DNA of 64,000 nt from Acidobacteriota bacterium. GTDB taxonomy: Bacteria > Acidobacteriota > UBA6911 > RPQK01 > JADFOI01. The notes under the pieces are model-generated. The model worked only from the letters and a program-made list of their open reading frames with translations, had not been told where the DNA came from and made no database searches. Positions 1-9,692 of this stretch are shown here, piece after piece (position 1 is the stretch's first letter; every line of letters begins with the position of its first letter). Location: assembly GCA_036338435.1 (NCBI GenBank), contig JAYZCG010000026.1, forward strand, positions 8,465 to 72,464, read 5' to 3'. Both the position numbers and the translations under genes were made by a program.

Positions 1-2
1 GA

Positions 3-632
3 GTGGTGTCCAGCTCAGAGCAGATGAAGGAATTAGTGACACTCACAGAGGGTAAGGCCACAATAGTATCGGACGAGGTGTACCACGGCCTGGAATATGG
101 AACAGAGGCGCACTCCATTCTTGAGTACTCTGCAGGGGCTATTGTTGTCAATGGATTCTCAAAACTTTTCGCCATGACAGGTTGGCGCTTAGGATATGCT
201 ATCGTACCCGAATTTTTGATTAGGCCGATTCAAAAGCTCCAGCAAAATCTATTCATTTCTGCTCCTGATTTTACCCAATTCGCAGCAATTGCTGCGCTTA
301 CCCACACGGCCGATGTAATAGAACAGCGACGCAAACGCTACGACAAGAGACGTCGATTTGTGTTGCAACGATTGGAAGAGATGGGGCTAGAGATTTTGGC
401 CGAGCCCACGGGGGCCTTTTATGTTTTCGTTAATATACAGCGTTGGAACAAGAGTTCCCTTGACTTCACCTTTCAGCTTTTGGAGAAAATGGGAGTAGCT
501 GTGACGCCGGGCATCGATTTTGGTGATCATGGGGAAGGGTTTGTTCGCATCTCTTATGCGAACTCTGAAGCGAATATTGCAAAGGGGTTAGACCGTTTGG
601 CAACCTTCCTGGAATCACCAAACGATAACTAA
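3..632 (+). CDS. PLP-dependent aminotransferase (class I/II), C-terminal part; 5' end lies off the window
   Basis: ORF runs from the window edge. Contains the NGFSKLFAMTGWRLGY motif (PLP-lysine region of fold-type I aminotransferases). About 209 of roughly 390 aa are present. Confidence 0.6.
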   Translation: MVSSSEQMKELVTLTEGKATIVSDEVYHGLEYGTEAHSILEYSAGAIVVNGFSKLFAMTGWRLGYAIVPEFLIRPIQKLQQNLFISAPDFTQFAAIAALTHTADVIEQRRKRYDKRRRFVLQRLEEMGLEILAEPTGAFYVFVNIQRWNKSSLDFTFQLLEKMGVAVTPGIDFGDHGEGFVRISYANSEANIAKGLDRLATFLESPNDN

Positions 633-672
633 GGTGATTCATTATAATTATTTATATAAAGCAGTTTACACC

Positions 673-703
673 ACATAACATTATATTAAACATAATGTTA
701 TGT
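673..703. promoter_or_regulatory. Perfect 12-bp inverted repeat ACATAACATTAT-N7-ATAATGTTATGT in an AT-rich intergenic region about 145 bp upstream of the acyl-CoA ligase gene; candidate operator
   Basis: Read directly from the sequence: 673-684 is the exact reverse complement of 692-703. It sits in a 215-bp AT-rich non-coding region. Confidence 0.35.
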
Positions 704-847
704 AGTGATTTTTAAAATGAATGTAGTACAGACTTGGACAAATCCCTATTGGTTGATAGATAGCAATAAGCTTATGATAGTGGAGTATTTGGCACCCTTC
801 AAAATAAGTAGTGCAGATCTCTGTAAAAAAATATTGGGAGTGTTGCT

Positions 848-2503
848 ATGGACAAAATTTGGTTGAGATCCTATGACGAGCAGGTGCCTGACACGGTAGA
901 ATATTCAGATCACACACTCTATCAGTCGTTCCAAGCGGCAGTTGAAGAACGTCCTAATGGGGTTGCCACGATTTTTGTAGGTGCAAAAATACGGTACCAG
1001 GAGTTGGGTCGTCTAGTTGATCGTTTTGCCAATGTGTTGGCAAGTCTTGGAGTACAACAAGGAGACCGTGTTGCCTTGATACTCCCAAATATTCCTGCTT
1101 TTCCTATTGCACATTTCGCTACTATGAAGCTTGGGGCAATTTTGGTGCCCACCAATCCGCTTTATGTGGAGAGGGAACTTGAGTATCAGCTTAATGATGC
1201 AGGAGTAGAAACTGTGGTCATCCTGGAGCAGCTCTATTCCCGACTAAAACAGGTGAGGAACCGAACTTCTGTTAAAAGGGTTGTCCTTATGAGGGTTCAA
1301 GACTTTCTTCCCAGGGTAGTCGGACTGTTATTTAGCTTAAAGAATCGATCTTCAGCTGACTATGCTAAAGAAAAGGACAACGATGTATATGAGTATCGTT
1401 TCCTAATGCGAAATTCCTTGCCTTCAGTTTCTGCTGCAGAGGTTAGTCCAGATAGTACTGCAATTCTTCTTTACACCGGGGGAACCACTGGTATATCCAA
1501 GGGGGCTATATTAACTCACCGCAATCTGTCAGTGAACGTTCGACAAACACGTAGCTGGCTTTGGAGCATCGAAGAGGGTGAGGAGGTTTTTTTATGTGTT
1601 CTTCCATTTTTCCATAGCTATGGAATGACTACTGGGCTACATCTGTCCATACTAACCCAGTCAACAATGCTATTGGCGCCCCGTTTTGAGCTAGCAAATG
1701 TTGTGAAACAGATCAAGAAATACAGTCCCACCATCTTCTGTGCGGTTCCCTCCATGTACAATGCCATCAACCATTATCCCGATATTTCCAAATCAGATGT
1801 GTCATCTATCCGGCTTTGCATTAGTGGTGGAGCAGCCTTGCTGGCCACGGTACAGGAAAAATTTGAGTCTCTTACTGGAGGCAAGCTAGTTGAAGGGTAT
1901 GGGCTTTCAGAAACTTCTCCGGTAGCCCTTGTTAATCCGACTCACGGGCATCGTAAAAGTGGCACTATTGGTGTGCCTGTACCCGACACCGAAGCGCGCA
2001 TTGTCGACCCGGAGAGAGGGGATCCTCTCCCTCCTCAGGAGGTCGGAGAATTAGCTATCCGGGGCCCACAAGTTATGTGCGGATATTGGAACATGCCGGA
2101 GGAAACAGAGCGGGTGTTACGTCAAGGATGGCTTCACACAGGAGATATGGCAGTGATGGATGGAGAGGGATTTTTTACCATTGTGGATCGTAAGAAGGAT
2201 CTTATTATTAGCGCCGGCATGAATGTTTATCCCAGGGAAGTTGAGGAGGTGCTACACCAGCACCCCAAGATTGTCGAAGCTGCGGTGTTGGGTATCTCCA
2301 GTCCCATCCGAGGAGAGATTGTCAAAGCCTTCATTGTAGTAGAGGAGGGGGAAGAGATTAAAAAGCAGGAAATTGCCCAATTTTGTAGAGACAAGTTGGC
2401 TAGGTACAAGATTCCAAAAGAAATTCAGGTCATTAATGAATTACCAAAAAGCGCCATGGGCAAGGTGCTTAAACGGATTCTCAAGGATGAGTCGTCAAAA
2501 TAG
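848..2503 (+). CDS. AMP-dependent synthetase/ligase (long-chain fatty acid--CoA ligase-like)
   Basis: 551 aa. AMP-binding motif YTGGTTGISKGA. C-terminal lysine region GKVLKR typical of the ANL superfamily. Confidence 0.8.
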   Translation: MDKIWLRSYDEQVPDTVEYSDHTLYQSFQAAVEERPNGVATIFVGAKIRYQELGRLVDRFANVLASLGVQQGDRVALILPNIPAFPIAHFATMKLGAILVPTNPLYVERELEYQLNDAGVETVVILEQLYSRLKQVRNRTSVKRVVLMRVQDFLPRVVGLLFSLKNRSSADYAKEKDNDVYEYRFLMRNSLPSVSAAEVSPDSTAILLYTGGTTGISKGAILTHRNLSVNVRQTRSWLWSIEEGEEVFLCVLPFFHSYGMTTGLHLSILTQSTMLLAPRFELANVVKQIKKYSPTIFCAVPSMYNAINHYPDISKSDVSSIRLCISGGAALLATVQEKFESLTGGKLVEGYGLSETSPVALVNPTHGHRKSGTIGVPVPDTEARIVDPERGDPLPPQEVGELAIRGPQVMCGYWNMPEETERVLRQGWLHTGDMAVMDGEGFFTIVDRKKDLIISAGMNVYPREVEEVLHQHPKIVEAAVLGISSPIRGEIVKAFIVVEEGEEIKKQEIAQFCRDKLARYKIPKEIQVINELPKSAMGKVLKRILKDESSK

Positions 2504-2724
2504 GGATTACTTGCTGGAGCCGGTTCCCGCCAAATCATCTGGGCTTGGGTCAATCTGTACCGGGCCGAGATTGGGAGTATTACAATTGCCGTAGTTGCGT
2601 GGATCGGGGGCAGTCACAATCTAGCGGTGGGTATAATCCAGACTGATAGTTCTTTCTCGGAGCATCTTCTCATCTACAAAATCAATTACCGGATCTAAAT
2701 AGTTTAAGGAATGAATGACTAAAA

Positions 2725-5664
2725 CTATCGTGCCAGATATTGTGCCAAGATTTCTGCTAGGTGCTTAGCCTCTCGACCCGTAAAGTGCTGGATCTGTGAG
2801 CGACAGCTAAATCCCGAAGCCACCACTTCGACCTGCTCCGGAGCCTCCCTTATTGCAGGAAAAAGGCGGTCTTCTCCAATTTGCTCTGATATGTCGTAGT
2901 GTTTTTTTTCATAACCAAAGGATCCCGCCATACCACAGCAGCCGGAATCAATTTCCTGTAGTTCGACTTGGTCGAAATAGTTCAAAGCATTTATAGAATG
3001 GTTAGTGCCCATCAGAGCTTTTTGTTGACAATGCCCGTGGAAGAGAATTTTGGTGGGTCCCCCTTCTAGTTTTTTTGTTATGCGAGGGCTGACCTCATCC
3101 TGAACCAAGAATTCTTCTAGGCTAAAAATATATTTTTCCACCGATTGGAAGACAGATTCATGATCTAACAAATCAGGGTAGTCATCACGTATCGTGGCCC
3201 AGCAACTGGGCTCTAACACAATGATGGGGATCTGCTGATCTGCATATTTCTGAAGTTTTTGGGTCAGTATGTGAGCATTTTTTTTGACTGATTCAAGCTG
3301 TCCCGATGAGATCATCGGTCGCCCACAACAGCCGACGTCTGCTAAAACAACTCGGTAGCCCAAGCGGTCTAGCAACTGCACAGCAGCGATACCAACTGCG
3401 GGTTCATAGAAATTTGTAAAGGTGTCTACGAAAAGCGCTACTTGTGGCTGATCTTTATTTTGTTGGGTACTATTAAAATTCTTCCCCCACCAGGCAACAA
3501 AGGTTTGACGGGCAATGGGGGGCAATGTCCGTCTTTGGTCAATGCCAAATAATTTGTCCATGAGCCATTGGGAAATGGAGTGGTTCATAACCCAGTTAAA
3601 GATTGTCGGGGAGTGGCTAGCCCATTGAGCTGTTTGTCGCATTGTAGCAATTAAGCGTTTTCCTAGTGGCAATCCATGGTGCTGGTAATAGTGTGCTAGG
3701 AATTCGGTTTTAAGCCGTGCCATATCTACTCCTGAGGGGCACTCTGATTTGCAGGCTTTGCATTCCAGACATAGGTCTAAAACTTCATATAACCGTTGAT
3801 TGGTTAATCCATCAGGTCCCAGTTTTCCTGAAATTGCCATACGTAGTGCATTAGCTCGCCCCCGTGTAGAATGTTCTTCATCACGTGTGGCGATGTAGGA
3901 AGGGCACATGGTACCCGAGAGCGTCTTGCGACAGTGACCTACTCCGGTACATAATTCAATAGCCCTGTCGAAGCCCCGTTCCTGGCGGAACTGAAAGTGA
4001 GTTGTTGGGAAATTAGTTTCGTAGTCGGGGTGAATCCGCAGATTTTCGGTAATATCCTGTGCATCAATGATTTTCCCAGGATTCATAATATTCGCTGGAT
4101 CAAATATCTGTTTGACCTCGCGGAATGCTTGGTAGAGTTGCTCTCCGAAAAATTCTCGATTTTTATAGCTGCGGACCAAACCATCACCGTGTTCTCCACT
4201 CCAAGATCCCCCATACTCACAAACCATTTCAAAGGACTTAGCAGAAATTTTCCTCAGAATGTCGAGATCTTCCTTTTGCTTGAGGTTTAAGATGGGGCGA
4301 ATGTGAATAACGCCAGCACTAGCGTGGGCATAAAGGGCAACGGGCCGATTGTATTGGTTACAGAAATCCAGGAGAGAACTGATGTATTCACTCAAGTGTT
4401 CAACCGGGATACAGGCATCTTCGATGAAGGGAAGCGGTTTCGCATCTCCCTTCATGCCTAGGAGAATACCCAAAGAGTGCTTGCGCACATCCCACACCGT
4501 TTGTTTGGCTTGTTCATTAGTAGCGTCGTAGCAAGTATAGAAACCTGCCTGATCATTTAAGCAGGCTTTCATGGCCTCCCATTGGGCATTCGTTTCCTCT
4601 TCTATTTCTCCACTAAACTCAACCCAGAGAATAGCTTCAGGGTCTCCTTGAATAAATTGGGCACACAAGGGGGCTACGGCTGGTTGGGAGCGTGCCAGTT
4701 CCAATCCATAATGATCTAGGATCTCAATTGCAGAGGGATTGTAATCTAAGATCACAGGGACAGCATCAATTGCCTTGATCAGATCATCAAAATGAATCAC
4801 TGATACTGCAGTGTGACGAGGTATGGGCTCTAAGTTAAGTTTTACTGAGGTCACGAAGGCCAAAGTGCCCTCTGAACCCACAATGAGCTTAGTCAAATTA
4901 AACCCATCGTCCGCGATCAAGTAATCCAAATTGTATCCGCCGACACGTCGCATGACTCGAGGAAAACGGCTGATGATTTCCTCAGAATTATCCTTCACAA
5001 CTTGACAAAGGTTTCGGTAGAGTTCTCCTTCCCGATCTTTCTGAGAACACTTTTGCTGTAGCGATTCATGGTCCAAGTTTTTTAGCAACAACTCCTCTCC
5101 TGTGGATAAAACAACAGAGGCTTCCAGAGCCTGGTCGACTGTCTTTCCATAGCGGATGGAACGAACACCTGCTGAGTTATTGCCAATCATTCCACCTATA
5201 TTGGCGCGGCTACTAGTGGCAGGGTCGGGAGGAAAATGGAGGTTATGGATTTTGAGGTGTTCATTCAGATTATCCAGTACAATACCCGGTTCAACCCGGA
5301 CCCAACGTTCTTCGGCGTTAACCTCAAGAACACTCGTTAGATATTTTGAGCAGTCTACCACTAGCCCTGCTAGGACAGTTTGGCCAGCTAGGCTGGTACC
5401 TCCTCCTCTTGGTAGTAGAGGGACCCCGTGTTTATTGGCAATCTGGACAATTTTGTGGATTTCATTGCGCGTCTTGGGCAAGACAATGCCTAGGGGATTG
5501 ATCTGATAAAGACTGGCATCGGTGCTGTAGATATGCCGGGACATCTCGTCAAATAGCACATCGCCTTCAATGGACTGATTTAACTCTGTTTCAAGGCTTG
5601 CCAGTACTGTCTTGTTCATAATTGTCGCTATGCTACTGTAACATGAGACTTCACAGGCACGCAC
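2725..5664 (-). CDS. FAD-linked oxidase fused to Fe-S / CCG domains (GlcD/GlcF-like, D-lactate or glycolate oxidase family)
   Basis: 979 aa. N-terminal FAD-binding PCMH domain (PRGGGTSLAGQ). C-terminal Cys clusters CxxCxxCxxxCP and CCG-type motifs. True start is probably the internal MNKTVLASLE. Confidence 0.7.
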   Translation of the reverse strand: MRACEVSCYSSIATIMNKTVLASLETELNQSIEGDVLFDEMSRHIYSTDASLYQINPLGIVLPKTRNEIHKIVQIANKHGVPLLPRGGGTSLAGQTVLAGLVVDCSKYLTSVLEVNAEERWVRVEPGIVLDNLNEHLKIHNLHFPPDPATSSRANIGGMIGNNSAGVRSIRYGKTVDQALEASVVLSTGEELLLKNLDHESLQQKCSQKDREGELYRNLCQVVKDNSEEIISRFPRVMRRVGGYNLDYLIADDGFNLTKLIVGSEGTLAFVTSVKLNLEPIPRHTAVSVIHFDDLIKAIDAVPVILDYNPSAIEILDHYGLELARSQPAVAPLCAQFIQGDPEAILWVEFSGEIEEETNAQWEAMKACLNDQAGFYTCYDATNEQAKQTVWDVRKHSLGILLGMKGDAKPLPFIEDACIPVEHLSEYISSLLDFCNQYNRPVALYAHASAGVIHIRPILNLKQKEDLDILRKISAKSFEMVCEYGGSWSGEHGDGLVRSYKNREFFGEQLYQAFREVKQIFDPANIMNPGKIIDAQDITENLRIHPDYETNFPTTHFQFRQERGFDRAIELCTGVGHCRKTLSGTMCPSYIATRDEEHSTRGRANALRMAISGKLGPDGLTNQRLYEVLDLCLECKACKSECPSGVDMARLKTEFLAHYYQHHGLPLGKRLIATMRQTAQWASHSPTIFNWVMNHSISQWLMDKLFGIDQRRTLPPIARQTFVAWWGKNFNSTQQNKDQPQVALFVDTFTNFYEPAVGIAAVQLLDRLGYRVVLADVGCCGRPMISSGQLESVKKNAHILTQKLQKYADQQIPIIVLEPSCWATIRDDYPDLLDHESVFQSVEKYIFSLEEFLVQDEVSPRITKKLEGGPTKILFHGHCQQKALMGTNHSINALNYFDQVELQEIDSGCCGMAGSFGYEKKHYDISEQIGEDRLFPAIREAPEQVEVVASGFSCRSQIQHFTGREAKHLAEILAQYLAR

Positions 5665-5667
5665 GAG

Positions 5668-6876
5668 ATGATAGTTCTAAAAGAGCCGATGGCCATCTTT
5701 ACATTTTGTGTGTTCGTCTGCGGGACGGTTTTTTGGGTCTCCAGTCAAACGTGGGCAAAGAGCTTTTTTAGCATAGTACCCTCTATTGCACTAGTTTATT
5801 ACCTTCCAGCCCTGGCCAGCACGATAGGTTTTATTCCTTCTAATTCAGTTGCATATGACTGGATGCGAGATTATCTATTGCCCTTCAGTTTGTTCATTCT
5901 AATGGTAACAACGGATATCCCGGCCATCTTTCGAATTGGCACGAGGGCTATAGGAATAATGCTCCTAGGCACAGCCGGTGTGGTTTTTGGAGGACCTGTG
6001 GCACTGTGGTTGTTTGCTCCGTGGTTACCGCCAGATGCCTGGAAAGGGTTAGCTGCCTTGTCAGGAAGTTGGATTGGTGGAGGAGGCAATTTTGCCGCTA
6101 TCAAGGAGGCAGTTGGAGCACCCGATAGCATCATCGGCCCCATTATTGTTGTGGACACAGTCGTTGCGTACACGTGGATGGGAATTCTTCTGTTTCTAGC
6201 TAATTACCATACTATTATTGATCGTTGGAATCATGCACGGGTAGAAGATTTGGAGGAACTCAATCAAAATTTAAAAACATTTCAGAAGACCCATGTACGT
6301 CCTATCCAATTATCAGATGTCCTGATAGTTTTAGCGGTTGGATTTGGAGGTGCCGTCTTTTGCCAGTACTTAGCGAAACTAATATATGAGGCTGTTCAAC
6401 CAGGGTTGATGGAAATGGCACCGAGTGCGGCCTCTATTTTTTCCCCGTTCACTTGTTTGGTGCTTTTGATTTCAACATTTGGTATGGGCCTCTCATTCAC
6501 CTCGCTGCGCAAAATAGAGATGGCTGGAGCCTCAAGGCTGGGTTATGCCGCGCTTTATTTATTTTTGACATCGATTGGAGCAAAAGCAGATGTGACAGGC
6601 ATTCTGGAAGCACCGGTACTGTTACTAGTCGGAATCGTCTGGATTTCTTTCCATATAATTCTTTTGTTGGTTGGAGCTCGATTGCTAAGAGTTCCTTTTT
6701 TTCTTGTTGCTGTGGGATCTCAGGCTAACATTGCAGGGGCCGCGAGTGCTCCAATTGTGGCGGCAGCCTACTATGAGGCCATGGCCCCGGTCGGTCTTTT
6801 GATGGGAGTGTTGGGTTATTTGGTTGGAAACTACGCAGGCCTGTTCTGCGCCCTACTGCTTAGATTGGTTGCCTGA
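5668..6876 (+). CDS. Polytopic membrane protein (DUF819-like)
   Basis: 402 aa, about 10 or more predicted TM helices, Gly-rich loops. Family assignment from memory, not searched. Confidence 0.45.
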   Translation: MIVLKEPMAIFTFCVFVCGTVFWVSSQTWAKSFFSIVPSIALVYYLPALASTIGFIPSNSVAYDWMRDYLLPFSLFILMVTTDIPAIFRIGTRAIGIMLLGTAGVVFGGPVALWLFAPWLPPDAWKGLAALSGSWIGGGGNFAAIKEAVGAPDSIIGPIIVVDTVVAYTWMGILLFLANYHTIIDRWNHARVEDLEELNQNLKTFQKTHVRPIQLSDVLIVLAVGFGGAVFCQYLAKLIYEAVQPGLMEMAPSAASIFSPFTCLVLLISTFGMGLSFTSLRKIEMAGASRLGYAALYLFLTSIGAKADVTGILEAPVLLLVGIVWISFHIILLLVGARLLRVPFFLVAVGSQANIAGAASAPIVAAAYYEAMAPVGLLMGVLGYLVGNYAGLFCALLLRLVA

Positions 6877-6917
6877 GTTCTTCTGCACCAGATCTCAATG
6901 GGGAATACATACAAAGA

Positions 6918-8009
6918 TCAGTCTGATCTGGGCATGTCCTTGATATATAGATCCCGTTTAGGAAATGGAATCTCGATATTGGCTTTGGCAAGAGCCTTGT
7001 AAATTTGTGTATTGACGTGATCTTGAATTTTGCCCCGGGTCTCGGGATCCTCTATCCAATATAAAAGCTCAAAGAGCAGGGCAGAATCACCGAACTCTCG
7101 AAATCGAACCCGGGGTTCTGGAAGCTGAGCAAGATACCCTTCTTTTATGCTAGCGGTGGCGACATCAGATAAGACTTCTCGGACTTGGTCTACATTAGAT
7201 CCGTAGGCGACTCCGATGGGAACTCGATTACGATATTTAACATAGGGGCCACCACTTTCGTTGATTATCTTGGAACTGGCAATTGTGGAGTTGGGAATGG
7301 TGACTTCAATATCATCACGAGTGAGTATGCGTGTACTACGAATCCCGATCATGTTCACTTGACCCCGTTCTCCCCCATCCAGAATGATGAAATCACCAAT
7401 TTTGTAAGGAGCATCTGCCAGGATAAACACTCCAGCAAAGAAGTTTGCTAGAGTGTCTTTGGCAGCAAATCCTACGGCGATGCCTACAATACCAGCTGAT
7501 GCTAACCATGCTGTAATGTTCACTCCCCAGGCAACCAACACAAAGTAGCAGGCTCCGCCGAAGATAAAAAGCTTGGCGACAATTTCAAAAAGAGGCTGCG
7601 TATCTGGTTGGAAGGCTTGGAAACGTTCCGGATGTTGCGTCATCCAACCTAGGATTAGGAGACTCAGTCGGATTCCCAAAATTAACCAGAGCAAGACTAT
7701 GAGAGTCTTAATAATACCAAAGACCATAAAGTCAAATGGTGAGGGAAGATTGATTAGTGTGGTTGCTATAGAAAAGCCCACTAAAAAGACGGAATAACGA
7801 GTTGGCTTGTGTAGCATTTCAAGAGCTTGGTCATCGATTTCACTGCTCGTTTTTTGAGTCAGACGGGTCAGTCCCCGGGTGAGAAACCAGTCTGCAACTC
7901 TGGCTAACACTAAGGAGACGAGAACAACAAGCAATGCTTGTATATAGGACTGCTCCAGAAGTTTCGATAGAATCTGTGTGATTTCATCCATTATTAAATC
8001 TACCCTCAA
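6918..8009 (-). CDS. Mechanosensitive ion channel, MscS family
   Basis: 363 aa. N-terminal TM helices followed by the conserved MscS beta-domain region (…GIRSTRILTRDDIEVTIPNS…). Confidence 0.7.
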   Translation of the reverse strand: MRVDLIMDEITQILSKLLEQSYIQALLVVLVSLVLARVADWFLTRGLTRLTQKTSSEIDDQALEMLHKPTRYSVFLVGFSIATTLINLPSPFDFMVFGIIKTLIVLLWLILGIRLSLLILGWMTQHPERFQAFQPDTQPLFEIVAKLFIFGGACYFVLVAWGVNITAWLASAGIVGIAVGFAAKDTLANFFAGVFILADAPYKIGDFIILDGGERGQVNMIGIRSTRILTRDDIEVTIPNSTIASSKIINESGGPYVKYRNRVPIGVAYGSNVDQVREVLSDVATASIKEGYLAQLPEPRVRFREFGDSALLFELLYWIEDPETRGKIQDHVNTQIYKALAKANIEIPFPKRDLYIKDMPRSD

Positions 8010-8202
8010 CCGGGATGGCGACCATTACTTATCGAGTGTAAGGCCGAACGACTGGTATTTTCAAATCTATATTATAGCTTTTTAATAGTTTAGTACTGTA
8101 GTTTCACCGTGGATGCATTCATTGGTCAATAGATTTTCTGCACTTGTGAAATATTTGGTATCCTTAATCTTCTTCTTAACGGCAAGATGAAAGGTAGCAT
8201 GT

Positions 8203-9132
8203 ATGGCACATAGAGTAATTATCTTGGGTTCTGGTTGTGCGGGTTCAACTGCAGCGATTTATACAGCTCGAGCAGATCTTCATCCTCTAGTTTTCGAAGG
8301 GCATGAACCAGGAGGACAACTGTCTATGACAACGGACGTTGGAAACTATCCTGGTTTTCCCGAGGGAATTCAGGGCCCTGATCTGGTTGACCGTATGAAG
8401 CAACAGGCAGAGCGATTTGGAGCGCAATACAGCATGGAAGTGGTCGAGCATGTCGATGTAAGTAGGCGCCCGTTCGATGTAACTACAAATCAAAATAACT
8501 ATGACGCTGAGAGTTTGATCATTGCTTCTGGGGCTTCAGCTAGGTTGTTGGGATTGCCGTCAGAGAGGGAATTGATTGGACATGGAGTTTCGACTTGTGC
8601 GACCTGTGACGGGTACTTCTTTCGTGACCAAGAAATCGTTGTTGTCGGTGGTGGCGATACGTCCATGGAAGAAGCAATATTTCTTACCAAATTTGCAAAA
8701 AAAGTTGTTGTGATTCATCGACGGAATGAACTTCGAGCATCCAAGATTATGGCAGGACGTGCACTAAACCATCCTAAAATTGAGTTTGTCTGGAATTCGG
8801 TGGTTACTGAGATACTTGATCCCAAAGAGAAAAAGGTTGAAGCGGTCAGGCTCAAGAATATAGAAACTGATCAGGAGAAAACTCTTTCTGTAACGGGAGT
8901 GTTTATTGCCATTGGGCATGAGCCTAATACTAAGCCTTTTGCAGGACAACTCGATATGAATGATCAGGGATATCTGATAGTTCAGGATGGTTCTAAAACT
9001 AGCGTGGAGGGTATTTTCGCAGCTGGAGATGTCCATGACCACACGTATAGGCAGGCTATAACGGCTGCAGGAGCAGGGTGCAAAGCTGCCATAGATGCAG
9101 AAAAATTTCTCGAAGAGCAGGAAGCAGAGTAG
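8203..9132 (+). CDS. trxB: Thioredoxin-disulfide reductase
   Basis: 309 aa. FAD motif GSGCAGSTAA and redox-active CATCDG. Typical length. Confidence 0.85.
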   Translation: MAHRVIILGSGCAGSTAAIYTARADLHPLVFEGHEPGGQLSMTTDVGNYPGFPEGIQGPDLVDRMKQQAERFGAQYSMEVVEHVDVSRRPFDVTTNQNNYDAESLIIASGASARLLGLPSERELIGHGVSTCATCDGYFFRDQEIVVVGGGDTSMEEAIFLTKFAKKVVVIHRRNELRASKIMAGRALNHPKIEFVWNSVVTEILDPKEKKVEAVRLKNIETDQEKTLSVTGVFIAIGHEPNTKPFAGQLDMNDQGYLIVQDGSKTSVEGIFAAGDVHDHTYRQAITAAGAGCKAAIDAEKFLEEQEAE

Positions 9133-9162
9133 TCTAAATTTGGCCTGATCCTATTTTTCATA

Positions 9163-9687
9163 ATGATTCGACGATGTCAGGATGTTGAATTTGGGACTGT
9201 GTGGGCCATCATTAATGATTCTGCTCAAGCCTACAAAGGTGTCATACCCGAGGATTGTTGGACGGATCCGTATATGTCTCAAGACAAGCTTCAGGACGAA
9301 ATTTCACAGGGTGTCCAGTTCTGGGGCTATGAGGAAGCTAATAAATTAGTGGCAGTGATGGGGACCCAGTCTCTGCAGGGAATTACTTTAATTCGCCACG
9401 CCTATGTGAGTACTGCCAGGCGTAATTGTGGAATTGGTGGGCAGATGCTTGCTTTTCTTCAAGGCACTATTGATCAGCCGCTTCTGATTGGAACATGGGC
9501 TGATGCGGTGTGGGCCATTGACTTTTATAAAAAGTATGGATTTCAACAGGTATCTAAACAAGAGAAAAATAGATTGCTGAAACAGTATTGGACAATAAGC
9601 GATCGTCAGATTGAGACCTCTGTTGTGCTGGCTGATAAGAAGTGGCGGAACTCTGCCCCAGTTAAGAGATCTCAAGCAGGGGCGTAG
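9163..9687 (+). CDS. GNAT family N-acetyltransferase
   Basis: 174 aa. Acetyl-CoA binding region RRNCGIGGQMLAF (Q/RxxGxG/A motif). Confidence 0.5.
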   Translation: MIRRCQDVEFGTVWAIINDSAQAYKGVIPEDCWTDPYMSQDKLQDEISQGVQFWGYEEANKLVAVMGTQSLQGITLIRHAYVSTARRNCGIGGQMLAFLQGTIDQPLLIGTWADAVWAIDFYKKYGFQQVSKQEKNRLLKQYWTISDRQIETSVVLADKKWRNSAPVKRSQAGA

Positions 9688-9692
9688 GTGTT

